This document shows, piece by piece, positions 47,391-56,312 of a stretch of DNA of 64,000 nucleotides. The DNA comes from Candidatus Nanoarchaeia archaeon. Lineage in GTDB: Bacteria > Patescibacteriota > Microgenomatia > Woykebacterales > RBG-16-39-9b. Under the pieces are notes generated by a model, which was not told where the DNA came from, did no database searches, and saw only the letters and a program-made list of their open reading frames with translations. A program made the position numbers and the translations under genes. Each line of letters begins with the position of its first letter. The first letter of the stretch is position 1. Where the stretch lies: positions 42,368 through 106,367 of the forward strand of contig DATBWR010000016.1 of the NCBI GenBank assembly GCA_036514715.1, given 5' to 3'.

Positions 47391-47803
47391 AGCTTCAAAA
47401 ACTCGTCGGGTGTCACGATTTTAATCCCTCGAAACTCTTTCAATTCCAGTAACCCTTTGTCGCCAGTCACAATAAAATCGACCTTTCCTTCAACTGCTGC
47501 CTCTAAAACTCGGTTATCATCTTGATCTTCAAGAACAGCGATCTGCTCTCTTGGGTTAAGTACTACAGCATTTTTACGTATTAAATTTAAAGACTTGTCA
47601 ATCTTCTGGTCGTAAAAACCGAATTTTTTAACTAAAACGTCTGCAAGCTCCGCTAGCAAAACTTCTGAAGTGAGGGCTTGAACTTCTTTACTAAGAACTT
47701 TTTGGAAAATAGTGCCGGGCTTACCAGCGAAAATTACAGCGGAGATAAAAATATTGGTGTCGAGTACAACGCGTAATTTTTTAACGGCCGTGGCGGTATT
47801 CAT
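47381..47803 (-). CDS. PIN-domain toxin (VapC-like)
   Basis: VVLDTNIFIS...acidic PIN residues. 140 aa. Overlaps the upstream RHH gene. Confidence 0.75.
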   Translation of the reverse strand: MNTATAVKKLRVVLDTNIFISAVIFAGKPGTIFQKVLSKEVQALTSEVLLAELADVLVKKFGFYDQKIDKSLNLIRKNAVVLNPREQIAVLEDQDDNRVLEAAVEGKVDFIVTGDKGLLELKEFRGIKIVTPDEFLKLYP

Positions 47804-48023
47804 GCACTAAGCGGTTAACGTCTTCCTCGGATTTTATTCCCATTTTCTTGGCAACCTCGCGACCATATTCTCTGAGACTTTGCCACTCTTCCATATTTTC
47901 GATGTAACGTCTTGTTACCTCACGGATTAACTCACTGCGGCTACGTGCTTCAGTTTCGGCTTGCTTATCAATTTTTTCTAAAAGGCTTTTAGGAATGGAG
48001 ATGTTAATTGTCTGGGTTTTCAT
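47781..48023 (-). CDS. Ribbon-helix-helix (CopG/VapB-like) antitoxin
   Basis: 80-aa RHH-like N-terminus (INISIPKSLLEKIDK). 23-bp overlap with the PIN gene. Confidence 0.7.
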   Translation of the reverse strand: MKTQTINISIPKSLLEKIDKQAETEARSRSELIREVTRRYIENMEEWQSLREYGREVAKKMGIKSEEDVNRLVHEYRHGR

Positions 48024-48261
48024 ACAAAGATTGTATGTTTTATGTATAAGTTTGTCAATGATTTAGCCAACAAAAAACAACCCTTCGCGTTAAGCTTCGC
48101 GGTACAAGAAAGGCACCTGGTAACTGGCTTCAAATGTGTTTCTTCAGGGCATCCGCCAGCTGGCGGACATTGCAATGACAGTTATAACTACATTCAACTC
48201 CAGTTACTAAGTGCCTTTAGAGTTTCCAGTAACTTTTTAAATTGTTAACAATGGTATTATA

Positions 48262-49026
48262 TCAAACTATAGGTTTCTTGTCAAGTTCGGTGTCTTTATT
48301 CTTGGGTTTTTCGGCTGGAGTTTCAGGGGCTTTCTCACCCTCTTCTTTGGCTTCCCCACCTTCTTTGGTAGCCTCGCCTTCAGCTGTCGCTTCGCCTTCA
48401 GCTTCACCTTTTTCAGCAGTAGCTTCAACTTCTTCAGGAGAGACTTCTGGTTCAGGCTCTTCTTCTTTCATTTCCGCAGTTTGCACGCTAACGACCACTT
48501 CTTCCGGGTCGTTTTTAACTTCAACCTTATCCATATCAATCTTAAGGTCCTTGACGTGAACGCTCTGTCCTACCTCAGTCAGTTTATCAGCATCAATTGT
48601 AAAGTGGGCCGGGATATCAGTTGGCAAACATTCCACTTCAACTTCGTTTAAAGTTTGCAAAAGCAGCCCAATACCGCTCTTTTCGGCTGGTGACTGACCT
48701 TCCAAAATTACTGGGACATGAGCAGTAATTTTTTCTTTCAGATTAACTTTGTGAAAATCAACGTGAATAATTTGATCGGTTCTAGGATCACGCTGGAGGT
48801 TGTGGATTAGAGACGGGTAAGTTTCTTTATCGAGTTTGACATCGACCAAAGCGGTTTCGCCAGCTTCCTTAAAGCTCTTTTGGAAGTCTTTGGAGTCAAC
48901 TTGGACGGAAACGGACTTAAAATCTTTGCCAAAAACATTGGCTGGTACTATACCTTCAGCTCGAAGTTTTTTAACTTTTTTACCCACAACTTGCCGGGGT
49001 TCGACTTTAATAGCAACGCGTTCCAT
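48262..49026 (-). CDS. rplY: 50S ribosomal protein L25 / general stress protein Ctc, with an acidic low-complexity C-terminal tail
   Basis: L25 beta-barrel N-terminal region plus an E/A/G/K-rich tail. Confidence 0.8.
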   Translation of the reverse strand: MERVAIKVEPRQVVGKKVKKLRAEGIVPANVFGKDFKSVSVQVDSKDFQKSFKEAGETALVDVKLDKETYPSLIHNLQRDPRTDQIIHVDFHKVNLKEKITAHVPVILEGQSPAEKSGIGLLLQTLNEVEVECLPTDIPAHFTIDADKLTEVGQSVHVKDLKIDMDKVEVKNDPEEVVVSVQTAEMKEEEPEPEVSPEEVEATAEKGEAEGEATAEGEATKEGGEAKEEGEKAPETPAEKPKNKDTELDKKPIV

Positions 49027-49060
49027 CAGGGATCATTATACGTTCTGTGTCAACTAGGTT

Positions 49061-49411
49061 TTAGGCGCTGGGTTGGTTTTGGCGATTGAGGCGACGGATT
49101 TTGGAGCTCTGCAAGCTACGGATGGAAGAGGGTTTCATTAAACGCACTTCTTCGCGGATATCTAAAACGTCATCAGCAGATAATGCTCCGACGTTAATCA
49201 CTGGTAGTTCTCCACTCGTTTGTTTATCCCCGCTAATTGAGGCGGCTAGCATTTGCTCCTTACCACAATTTGGACAGATGTAATGGGCGACTAGCGAGTT
49301 TTCTGACTCTGAAATTATCTCTAAACTACTCTGCCCGAAAGGCGCCTTGCAAGAACATTGCCAATCTTCACCAAACTGCTCTGCAAACGCTCTGATGATT
49401 TTCTTGCTCAT
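49061..49411 (-). CDS. Hypothetical zinc-ribbon protein (CSC...CPNC)
   Basis: 116-aa ORF with two Cys pairs. Confidence 0.4.
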   Translation of the reverse strand: MSKKIIRAFAEQFGEDWQCSCKAPFGQSSLEIISESENSLVAHYICPNCGKEQMLAASISGDKQTSGELPVINVGALSADDVLDIREEVRLMKPSSIRSLQSSKIRRLNRQNQPSA

Positions 49412-49467
49412 ATGCTTATTTTACACCCAGTATACCAAAGGTTTCAAAGCTAAGCTAGACCTTCTTT

Positions 49468-51138
49468 CTAAAGCAGTTTTTCAACTGCGGTGATTAACCT
49501 CTCCACCTGCGTATGCAAATTTTCTGTTTGAGTGGTGATAAAGTCCTTTTCCACAGCTATCAGACTAGGGGTCTTTGACCAGTTTACTCTCTCCAACAAA
49601 ACTTGCGTTTGTTCTAATTTTTCTTGACTAGTGTAGAGATTAGTTAAGACTTGACTGAAGGTCTCCAAGGCTTCTTCTTTATTTAAATTAGCCCTGCTAG
49701 CAGTATCAATTAAAATTTGGTTGGCACGGGAAGAGTTGCGCACACTTTCCGCCAAGCTAGCGGAAGCTTCCAACAAACGGCTAAAATTAGTAGTTCTTTC
49801 GGAGAGGCCAATAATCTTAAATAACCAACTTACTTTTTGCAAATTAGCGCCCGAAGCTTCAAAAGAGTTTTGAGCACTCAAAGCACGGCTGACCGCACTC
49901 TCAGTTTTCTCAGCCTCCAAGTTTTCAACTGCTTCTCTCAGGGCTCCTTTACCCAACCAACTACTAAGGCCAGCAGCTGAAACTGGGTAGATAATTGTAG
50001 CTAGCAACAGAACCAGGCAGAGAATAAAAATACCCAGCCGCAACCAGTTACTAGGTTCCTTAAGCTCCTTTACTTCCCCAACCGTTTCCTTTTGCTGACG
50101 GTCACTTATCTCTAGGGGTTTTAGATCGGCAGTTGGACTTTCAGCAAAAGCCTCTTCGAGACGCTCACTTTGAATTACACTGCTTATACCTTCGGCAAGA
50201 GAAACTTTTGGGCTCCAGGAAAGTTTTTCCCGGGTGTTTTCCAGATCAAGATGGGAAAAGGGCAGATCGAGAGTCTCTTCACTCTTCTTACGTTCGATCT
50301 CTAGAGGTCCGGCAACCAGTTTGACTGTTTGAGCAAAATTCTCAACGGTAATCTTCTCCGGATTTACCAGTACAAAGATCTCGCTGTTAAAATCTCCTAA
50401 GGCAGCCTTAGTTAGGCCGAAAACCACATCGCTAATAAAAGTCGGGTTGAGGATTTTTAAACCATCGCCAAAAACTTTTAGAGGTTGTCTGTTCAGAGCG
50501 TTTTTTAAAAGGTCGGCAATTTCGTCGCTGCGGTCAAAACTCATTTTTGGGCCGTAAACATCTTTTAGGCGAACAACGGTCACGGAAAGAGCAAATTTTT
50601 TGAAATACTCAAAAGTTAAGGCTTCGGCAAAACGTTTCGCCTCGTGGGCGGAAAGGACACTTTCATCATCTGGCGACTTACCAAAGTAAAAACGCAGAGA
50701 ACTACCAGAAATCACCCCACTGTAAAGATCGGCTGAAGAGGCGAGGATAAATTTCGCTTGGTTGGCTCTAGCGATCTCAAGCAGTTGCCTGGTACCTAAA
50801 GAATTGACTAAAAGGGTATCCAGGGATAATTCTTTGCTGGCGCGGTGTTCTTCACTGCTAGCCAAATGGAAACAATAATCAATTTTTAGTTCTGGCGGCA
50901 GCTGAAAGCTAGGGTTATTGATATCTTCTTGAATAAAAGTAAGGTTTGGTGAGGTCAGCAGGTCTTTGAGATTTTCTTTTTTGCCAGTACTTAAATTGTC
51001 AACACAGACAACTGAAAAATTTTGTGATAGGAGAGTTCTAACTAAATGAGAGCCAATAAACCCGGCACCACCGGCTACTAAGGCGGTTGGTTGGTTGTTT
51101 TTGGTTTCCGAGCTTTCATTTGTTTTCGGGGCAGACAT
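49468..51138 (-). CDS. NAD-dependent epimerase/dehydratase (UXS-like Rossmann) fused to a C-terminal TM plus coiled-coil domain; catalytic Tyr apparently replaced (SAHEAKR instead of CYDEGKR)
   Basis: GGAGFIGSHL Rossmann motif, a TM segment near aa 365-385 and a coiled-coil C-terminus. Confidence 0.6.
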   Translation of the reverse strand: MSAPKTNESSETKNNQPTALVAGGAGFIGSHLVRTLLSQNFSVVCVDNLSTGKKENLKDLLTSPNLTFIQEDINNPSFQLPPELKIDYCFHLASSEEHRASKELSLDTLLVNSLGTRQLLEIARANQAKFILASSADLYSGVISGSSLRFYFGKSPDDESVLSAHEAKRFAEALTFEYFKKFALSVTVVRLKDVYGPKMSFDRSDEIADLLKNALNRQPLKVFGDGLKILNPTFISDVVFGLTKAALGDFNSEIFVLVNPEKITVENFAQTVKLVAGPLEIERKKSEETLDLPFSHLDLENTREKLSWSPKVSLAEGISSVIQSERLEEAFAESPTADLKPLEISDRQQKETVGEVKELKEPSNWLRLGIFILCLVLLLATIIYPVSAAGLSSWLGKGALREAVENLEAEKTESAVSRALSAQNSFEASGANLQKVSWLFKIIGLSERTTNFSRLLEASASLAESVRNSSRANQILIDTASRANLNKEEALETFSQVLTNLYTSQEKLEQTQVLLERVNWSKTPSLIAVEKDFITTQTENLHTQVERLITAVEKLL

Positions 51139-51241
51139 TTCTTTGTTTTCCTTTGAGCAAGCGCATTTTAACTAAAGAAAGTCAACTTGAAAAGCCAGTA
51201 TTAAGAGTTTTGTGGCTAAGTCTGGGAGTTTATCACTACCT

Positions 51242-51661
51242 TCAGCGGACATGTTGGTCAAGAATACGGTTAACTTCCTGATCCGCGAGTTTATTCTCTG
51301 CTCTAGGAACGTGTTGGTAGTCAACCTTGTAGAAAAGCTTTTCCATTTGTTTAATTTTCTCAGTAAAGCGGGCGAGGTTAGGGTTTTTAATTCGATAGTC
51401 ACCGGATAATTGTTTGGCCACCAATAAAGAATCCGTAAAGAAATTCAGCTCGAGAGTTTTCGTAACTTTCTCTTTGGCGAGAATAGTTTCATACACTAAA
51501 AGTACTGCGCTATATTCGGCCACATTATTGGTAGCAACACCTAGATATTTCCCGCATATTAACCGCAGATTTCCCGCAAGGCCTTCGATAACTGCTCCGG
51601 CGGCAGCTGGTCCAGGGTTACCCCGGGCTCCCCCATCAGTGAAAATTTTTATGGGCTTCAT
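51242..51661 (-). CDS. rnhA: Ribonuclease H
   Basis: IFTDGGARGNPGPAAAG RNase H start. Confidence 0.75.
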   Translation of the reverse strand: MKPIKIFTDGGARGNPGPAAAGAVIEGLAGNLRLICGKYLGVATNNVAEYSAVLLVYETILAKEKVTKTLELNFFTDSLLVAKQLSGDYRIKNPNLARFTEKIKQMEKLFYKVDYQHVPRAENKLADQEVNRILDQHVR

Positions 51662-51668
51662 TTAGAGG

Positions 51669-52139
51669 TTATCTCTCCTGTTCGTAAAGGGTAACTCGGC
51701 GATTAGGCTCTTCCCCTTCGGACTGGCTAGCTAAGTTTGGGTATTTCTCGCTAACAATCAAGTGTACTTCTCTTCGCTGAGCACTCGACATGACTGGTAA
51801 ACTAACTCTTTTTAGTTTTTGGGCCACTAGAGCCTCGACTGCTTGCTCAACCATTGACCCAAGGGTAGAAAGCCGCTCAGCTCTCCAATCGCCAATATCT
51901 AAAACCACTCTTTTCCATTCCCCCTCTGCAGCCCTCTTATTAACTACTGACCCTAAAATTAGTTGCAGGCTTTCTAAAGTTTCACCGTGGTAACCAATTA
52001 GAGCTCCCAGGTTCTCTCCAAAAATGCTTACCTTGACACTACCTTCATCTTCTTCAACTTTAACTTCTGCTGCCATCCCGATTTTTTTAAGCACTTCCTT
52101 AGTAAAATCGGTAGCTATCTTTTCAGAATTTTTAGCCAT
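51669..52139 (-). CDS. jag: Jag (KH and R3H domain RNA-binding protein)
   Basis: KH-like and R3H-like stretches. Conserved position after yidC. Confidence 0.75.
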   Translation of the reverse strand: MAKNSEKIATDFTKEVLKKIGMAAEVKVEEDEGSVKVSIFGENLGALIGYHGETLESLQLILGSVVNKRAAEGEWKRVVLDIGDWRAERLSTLGSMVEQAVEALVAQKLKRVSLPVMSSAQRREVHLIVSEKYPNLASQSEGEEPNRRVTLYEQER

Positions 52140-52852
52140 TGATTAAGACCTCCCAGACCTACTATGTAATATTGTTGGAAAAGCCCAACCACAGTACTTA
52201 CCAGCCAAAATAAAGCCAGTCCTGAAGGGAAAAGTCGCCCAGTGAAAAGAATTAGGAAAGGAAAGAGAAAAACAAACTGTCCTTGAGAAGCAGTCAGCGC
52301 GCTAGCAAGATCTTGCTTCTTCTCCATTTCTTTTTTTGAATCCTGTTTTTCTGGTTTAACTGGTTCAGGCAACATCATCTTTGACTGCAGAAGGGTCGCC
52401 ACTGCAGTCAAGATTACTAAAACTCCTGGCAGCTGTCCCCAAAAGCCTTCGACTCCAAAGGTGCCCTTAAAGGTGTCGGGCTGGGCGAGATCCCAGATGA
52501 GAAAGGAGGTATTAAGGCCGCTTTTTACGACATTGCTGATAGCGTTAAACAATACTATAGCTACTACCAGCTGGATAATTGGCGCTAAACAACCCGCTAG
52601 TGGGTTGAAACCAGCCTCTCGGTAAATCTTAGCTTGTTCTTCTGCATGACGCTTTCGGTCGTGGCCATGCTTCTTTTTAGCTTCGTCAAGTTTTGGACGC
52701 AGTTCTTGCAAAACTTTTGTTTGGCGCAAGCTAGTTTTCAGAAAAGGGTGAAAAATTAGGCGGCTGAAAACACCGATAAAAATTATCGTTGTCCCTAAGT
52801 TACCGCCAAAAAAGTTAGTCAGCGAAATTAAAAAATCAGCAAAAATTCCCAT
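52115..52852 (-). CDS. yidC: Membrane protein insertase YidC/Oxa1 (short type)
   Basis: 245-aa polytopic protein in the rnpA-yidD-yidC-jag context. Confidence 0.8.
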   Translation of the reverse strand: MGIFADFLISLTNFFGGNLGTTIIFIGVFSRLIFHPFLKTSLRQTKVLQELRPKLDEAKKKHGHDRKRHAEEQAKIYREAGFNPLAGCLAPIIQLVVAIVLFNAISNVVKSGLNTSFLIWDLAQPDTFKGTFGVEGFWGQLPGVLVILTAVATLLQSKMMLPEPVKPEKQDSKKEMEKKQDLASALTASQGQFVFLFPFLILFTGRLFPSGLALFWLVSTVVGLFQQYYIVGLGGLNQWLKILKR

Positions 52853-52860
52853 TAAGTTTA

Positions 52861-53073
52861 TTACTTGACAGGGTCAAAACCTCCCTTAGACCAAGGGTGG
52901 CAGCGCAAAATTCTTTTTGTACCTAAAAAACTGCCCCTGATTATACCATAGCGCTCGATTGCACGGTAAGTATATTCAGAACAACTGGGAACGAATCGAC
53001 AAGTGTTACTTAAGAAAATTTTGTGATGGTAGCTTTGATAAAGCTTTATCAACCTCAAGGCTAATTTCTTCAT
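52861..53073 (-). CDS. yidD: Membrane protein insertion efficiency factor YidD
   Basis: [10 protein letters not shown]...RCHPW motif. Confidence 0.9.
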   Translation of the reverse strand: MKKLALRLIKLYQSYHHKIFLSNTCRFVPSCSEYTYRAIERYGIIRGSFLGTKRILRCHPWSKGGFDPVK

Positions 53074-53353
53074 CTTTCGCGCGCTCTATACCCGGGTGGA
53101 GAATCCAGATTGCTTCTATTCCAGGCTTTAAGGTCGTTAGTTTAGGTCTAATAAGTTCTGAGAGCTTTCTTTTTAGACGGTTACGGGTAAAGGACTTACC
53201 GACCTTAGTAGTAATGATAAAACCTATCTTCGGCCCTTCCTCTTGGAGATTTTTCTTGGCAACGACTTTAAAAAGGTTGTTACTGACCTGGATATCCGGA
53301 GCTCTTCTGTCCCACTTCACCGGTAATTTTAAACGGTTTTGTTTGGGCAACAT
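53006..53353 (-). CDS. rnpA: RNase P protein component
   Basis: Basic 115-aa protein overlapping yidD, immediately after rpmH. Confidence 0.85.
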   Translation of the reverse strand: MLPKQNRLKLPVKWDRRAPDIQVSNNLFKVVAKKNLQEEGPKIGFIITTKVGKSFTRNRLKRKLSELIRPKLTTLKPGIEAIWILHPGIERAKDEEISLEVDKALSKLPSQNFLK

Positions 53354-53355
53354 TT

Positions 53356-53493
53356 CTAGATAGAAAGACGGTTTCTTTTTTTAGCAGTACGTCTTTTAAG
53401 CACCTTCTGGCCACCGCTTTGTTTTGAACGAGCTAGAAACCCGTGTTTACGAGCCCGTTTTGTTTTCTTTGGTTGGTAAGTTCGTTTCGGCAT
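53356..53493 (-). CDS. rpmH: 50S ribosomal protein L34
   Basis: Manual translation gives [45 protein letters not shown]. Missing from the ORF track because it is under 60 aa. Confidence 0.9.
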   Translation of the reverse strand: MPKRTYQPKKTKRARKHGFLARSKQSGGQKVLKRRTAKKRNRLSI

Positions 53494-53587
53494 TGACGGT
53501 GTGCAGTATAGTAAACCCGCTTCGGGCTGTCAACGTGGTTGGCGACAAAACTGACATAGTAGGTTCCACTTCGATGGGCTTGACTGA

Positions 53588-53596
53588 TGTGGATAA
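53588..53596 (-). promoter_or_regulatory. Perfect DnaA box (TGTGGATAA) upstream of dnaA
   Basis: Exact reverse complement of TTATCCACA. Confidence 0.7.
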
Positions 53597-53653
53597 CTTT
53601 TCCTATCATGGTTTCCTGTTCTCCTTCTTAAGGTCTCTGTCCCGAAAGTATGT

Positions 53654-55018
53654 ATGGACGAAAAAACTCTTTGGAACTCTGTTCTGACCGAACTACAACT
53701 TTTGCTTTCAGGTGCCAACTACCAAACTTGGTTTAAAGGTAAAACGGTAATCCTCCACCAAGAGCGCGGGGTGATTGAAATTGGCTGTAATTCTGCCTAC
53801 ACCAAAGACTGGTTGGAGCAACGTTACCACGGCCAGTTAAAAGCTATTTTGGATCGTCTTACTGACACCAACAATGCTTTAATCTTCTCGGTTTCTGCTT
53901 CCTTGAGAAACCCACCAACGAAAGTCACCCAAAACGACTCGGGGGAGGAAGCGCTTTTGTTTACTAACCAGAGTATTGATGAACTCTACGGGAAAATTGA
54001 AGCTTGTGGGCTCAATCCTAAATACACCTTTGAAAGTTTCGTGGTTGGATCTAGCAACCAACTTGCCCATGCAGTTGCCAAAGCGGTTGCCGCCTCCCCT
54101 GGTAAAGGTTACAACCCCTTCTTTGTTTACGGTGGGGTTGGTTTGGGAAAAACCCACTTGATACAGGCAACTGGTCACGAAGCAGTTAGTAAACACCAGA
54201 AGCTTAAAGTTCTCTACTGCACCTCTGAGAACTTCACCAACAATCTCATCGAAGCAATTCAGAACCGAGCTATGAAAGAGTTTAGGGCTAAATACCGTAG
54301 TTTGGATGTTTTGATAATTGACGACATCCAGTTTATTGCTGGGCGGGAAACAACTCAAGAAGAATTCTTTCACACCTTTAATGAGCTCTATGCTAAAGGA
54401 AAGCAAGTTATTTTGAGCAGCGATCGCCCACCAGAGGCTATTTCTAAGCTTGAGCAAAGGTTAAAGAGCCGTTTTGAAGGCGGGATGATTGCCGATATCC
54501 AACCTCCAGATACTGATTTGCGAGAGGCAATTCTACTCTCGAAGATTAAACGTCAAAACATTAGTATTCCTGCTGAAGTTGTTCACTATCTTGCCCAAAA
54601 CGCTAGTTCCAGCGTGAGAGATTTGGAGGGCTCTCTAATTAGGTTGGTCGCTCAAGCCAAGATCGGCAACAACTCTTTGTCGCTAGAACTGGCAAAAAGT
54701 TTTTTTGATAAAAGGAGTCAGGGGCTTGTCAAAGCTCGCCCCAAAGATGTTTTGGAGATAATTTGTAACTACTTTGATTTGCGGCATACGGATCTTAAAA
54801 GCGCCAACCGTTTAGCTAAATTTGTTTTCCCACGCCAAATTGCTATGTACTTACTACGCAAAGACTTGGGCTTGCAGTATGCGCTTATTGCCGAGGTTTT
54901 GAACAAAAAAGACCACACTACTGTAATTCACGGTGTGGAGAAAATTACTGGTGTTGTGGAAAAATCAGAGAAAGTCCGAGGATTAGTTGAGGATATCCGC
55001 TCAAAACTTTACAACTAA
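53654..55018 (+). CDS. dnaA: Chromosomal replication initiator DnaA
   Basis: GGVGLGKTHL Walker A, the AAA+ core and the C-terminal DNA-binding domain. Confidence 0.95.
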   Translation: MDEKTLWNSVLTELQLLLSGANYQTWFKGKTVILHQERGVIEIGCNSAYTKDWLEQRYHGQLKAILDRLTDTNNALIFSVSASLRNPPTKVTQNDSGEEALLFTNQSIDELYGKIEACGLNPKYTFESFVVGSSNQLAHAVAKAVAASPGKGYNPFFVYGGVGLGKTHLIQATGHEAVSKHQKLKVLYCTSENFTNNLIEAIQNRAMKEFRAKYRSLDVLIIDDIQFIAGRETTQEEFFHTFNELYAKGKQVILSSDRPPEAISKLEQRLKSRFEGGMIADIQPPDTDLREAILLSKIKRQNISIPAEVVHYLAQNASSSVRDLEGSLIRLVAQAKIGNNSLSLELAKSFFDKRSQGLVKARPKDVLEIICNYFDLRHTDLKSANRLAKFVFPRQIAMYLLRKDLGLQYALIAEVLNKKDHTTVIHGVEKITGVVEKSEKVRGLVEDIRSKLYN

Positions 55019-55214
55019 GGGTCTTTTGTATACTTATCCACAAAACACCCACATAATTGTCCTCTGCGCGCTTGCTTAGTTTTGCTCAATAACAAACCCG
55101 AAACTACAAACCTTGGGTTGGACAATTATCAACTTATCCACACAAACTACTATTACTACTTTATTATTAAACTGTATTTAGTATTATTCTTACTGACTAA
55201 TTAAATCAAAAAGA
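55019..55214 (+). promoter_or_regulatory. oriC-like region: two perfect DnaA boxes (55034-55042 and 55134-55142), a near-box TTATCAACT and an AT-rich unwinding stretch (55145-55210)
   Basis: TTATCCACA occurs twice in the dnaA-dnaN intergenic region, with an AT-rich run downstream. Confidence 0.7.
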
Positions 55215-56312
55215 ATGACTAAACTTATCCGTGAGGACTTTTTAAAAACAATCTCAATCGCAGGGCGTTTTGTGCCTGTTCGGCCAAGCCTACCAGTACT
55301 GGCAAACATGTTATTGGAGGCTGATAAAGGTATACTGAGAGTCTCCACAACCAACCTTGATTCGTCAGTTAGGTTGGTACTGCCTGCAAAAAGTGAGGGG
55401 GTTTGGAAGATAACTACCCCAGCCAAAATTCTCACTGATTTCATCGGTTCAGCAGTTGATAAAGAGGTATCTCTAGAGGTTGATAAAGAAAACCTCTTGG
55501 TAGCCTCGGGAGAAATCAAAGGCATTTTCGCTGGAATTTCCGCCAGCGAGTTCCCCACACTACCTGAGGCTACTGAGGAGGGTAGTGAGTTTGAGTACCA
55601 CGAGCTTCAGGAAGCAGTTAATAACGTAGCCTTTGCTGCTTCTAGCGACGAGGCTAAGCCAATTTTGACAGGTATTTTTATTAACCAAGAGGCTGGTGGA
55701 ACAATTATCGTCGCCACCGACGGGTATAGGCTTGCTAAAAAGACCTTAGGAAAAAAATATGAGTTTAATCAAGTAGTCATACCGGCCAGGACCTTAGTGG
55801 AATCTTTGAGAATTGCCGGAGAAATGGGTGAGCCTTCGGTACGTTTAGTTGTTGCCAAAGGCAAAAACCAAACCCTTTTGGTAGGGGAAAACTTCCAGAT
55901 TGCCAGCCGTTTACTGTCTGGTACTTACCCACAATTTCAACAAATTATTCCCAACGATTTTGTAAATAGCTTTACCGTTGATAAAGATAAATTAACCGCG
56001 GCCATTAAAGCAACGGCAGTTTTTGCCCGGGATTTAGGTAATGTGGTGAGATTTAACCTCACCAAAAACGCCTTGAAACTAACCGCTAGTACTGCTCAGG
56101 TTGGCGAAGGGGCGGCAACTTTAGAAGTTGCTGGAGGCGGGTCAGAGATCAAAATTGCTTTTAACTCGCGCTTTATTCTCGAAGGACTAAGTGCTATTGG
56201 CACGACTACTGTTGAAGTAAAATTTAGCGGCCCGCTGAGCCCAGCCGCTATCTGCGGCAGGGGTGAAAAAGACTTTCTCTACATAATTATGCCAGTAAAA
56301 TCGCAAACTTGA
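55215..56312 (+). CDS. dnaN: DNA polymerase III beta sliding clamp
   Basis: 365 aa in the dnaA-dnaN-recF context. Confidence 0.9.
   Translation: MTKLIREDFLKTISIAGRFVPVRPSLPVLANMLLEADKGILRVSTTNLDSSVRLVLPAKSEGVWKITTPAKILTDFIGSAVDKEVSLEVDKENLLVASGEIKGIFAGISASEFPTLPEATEEGSEFEYHELQEAVNNVAFAASSDEAKPILTGIFINQEAGGTIIVATDGYRLAKKTLGKKYEFNQVVIPARTLVESLRIAGEMGEPSVRLVVAKGKNQTLLVGENFQIASRLLSGTYPQFQQIIPNDFVNSFTVDKDKLTAAIKATAVFARDLGNVVRFNLTKNALKLTASTAQVGEGAATLEVAGGGSEIKIAFNSRFILEGLSAIGTTTVEVKFSGPLSPAAICGRGEKDFLYIIMPVKSQT

Noticed and set aside
53879-54457. 192-aa minus-strand ORF inside dnaA
   Set aside because: Antisense to dnaA, which is unambiguous.
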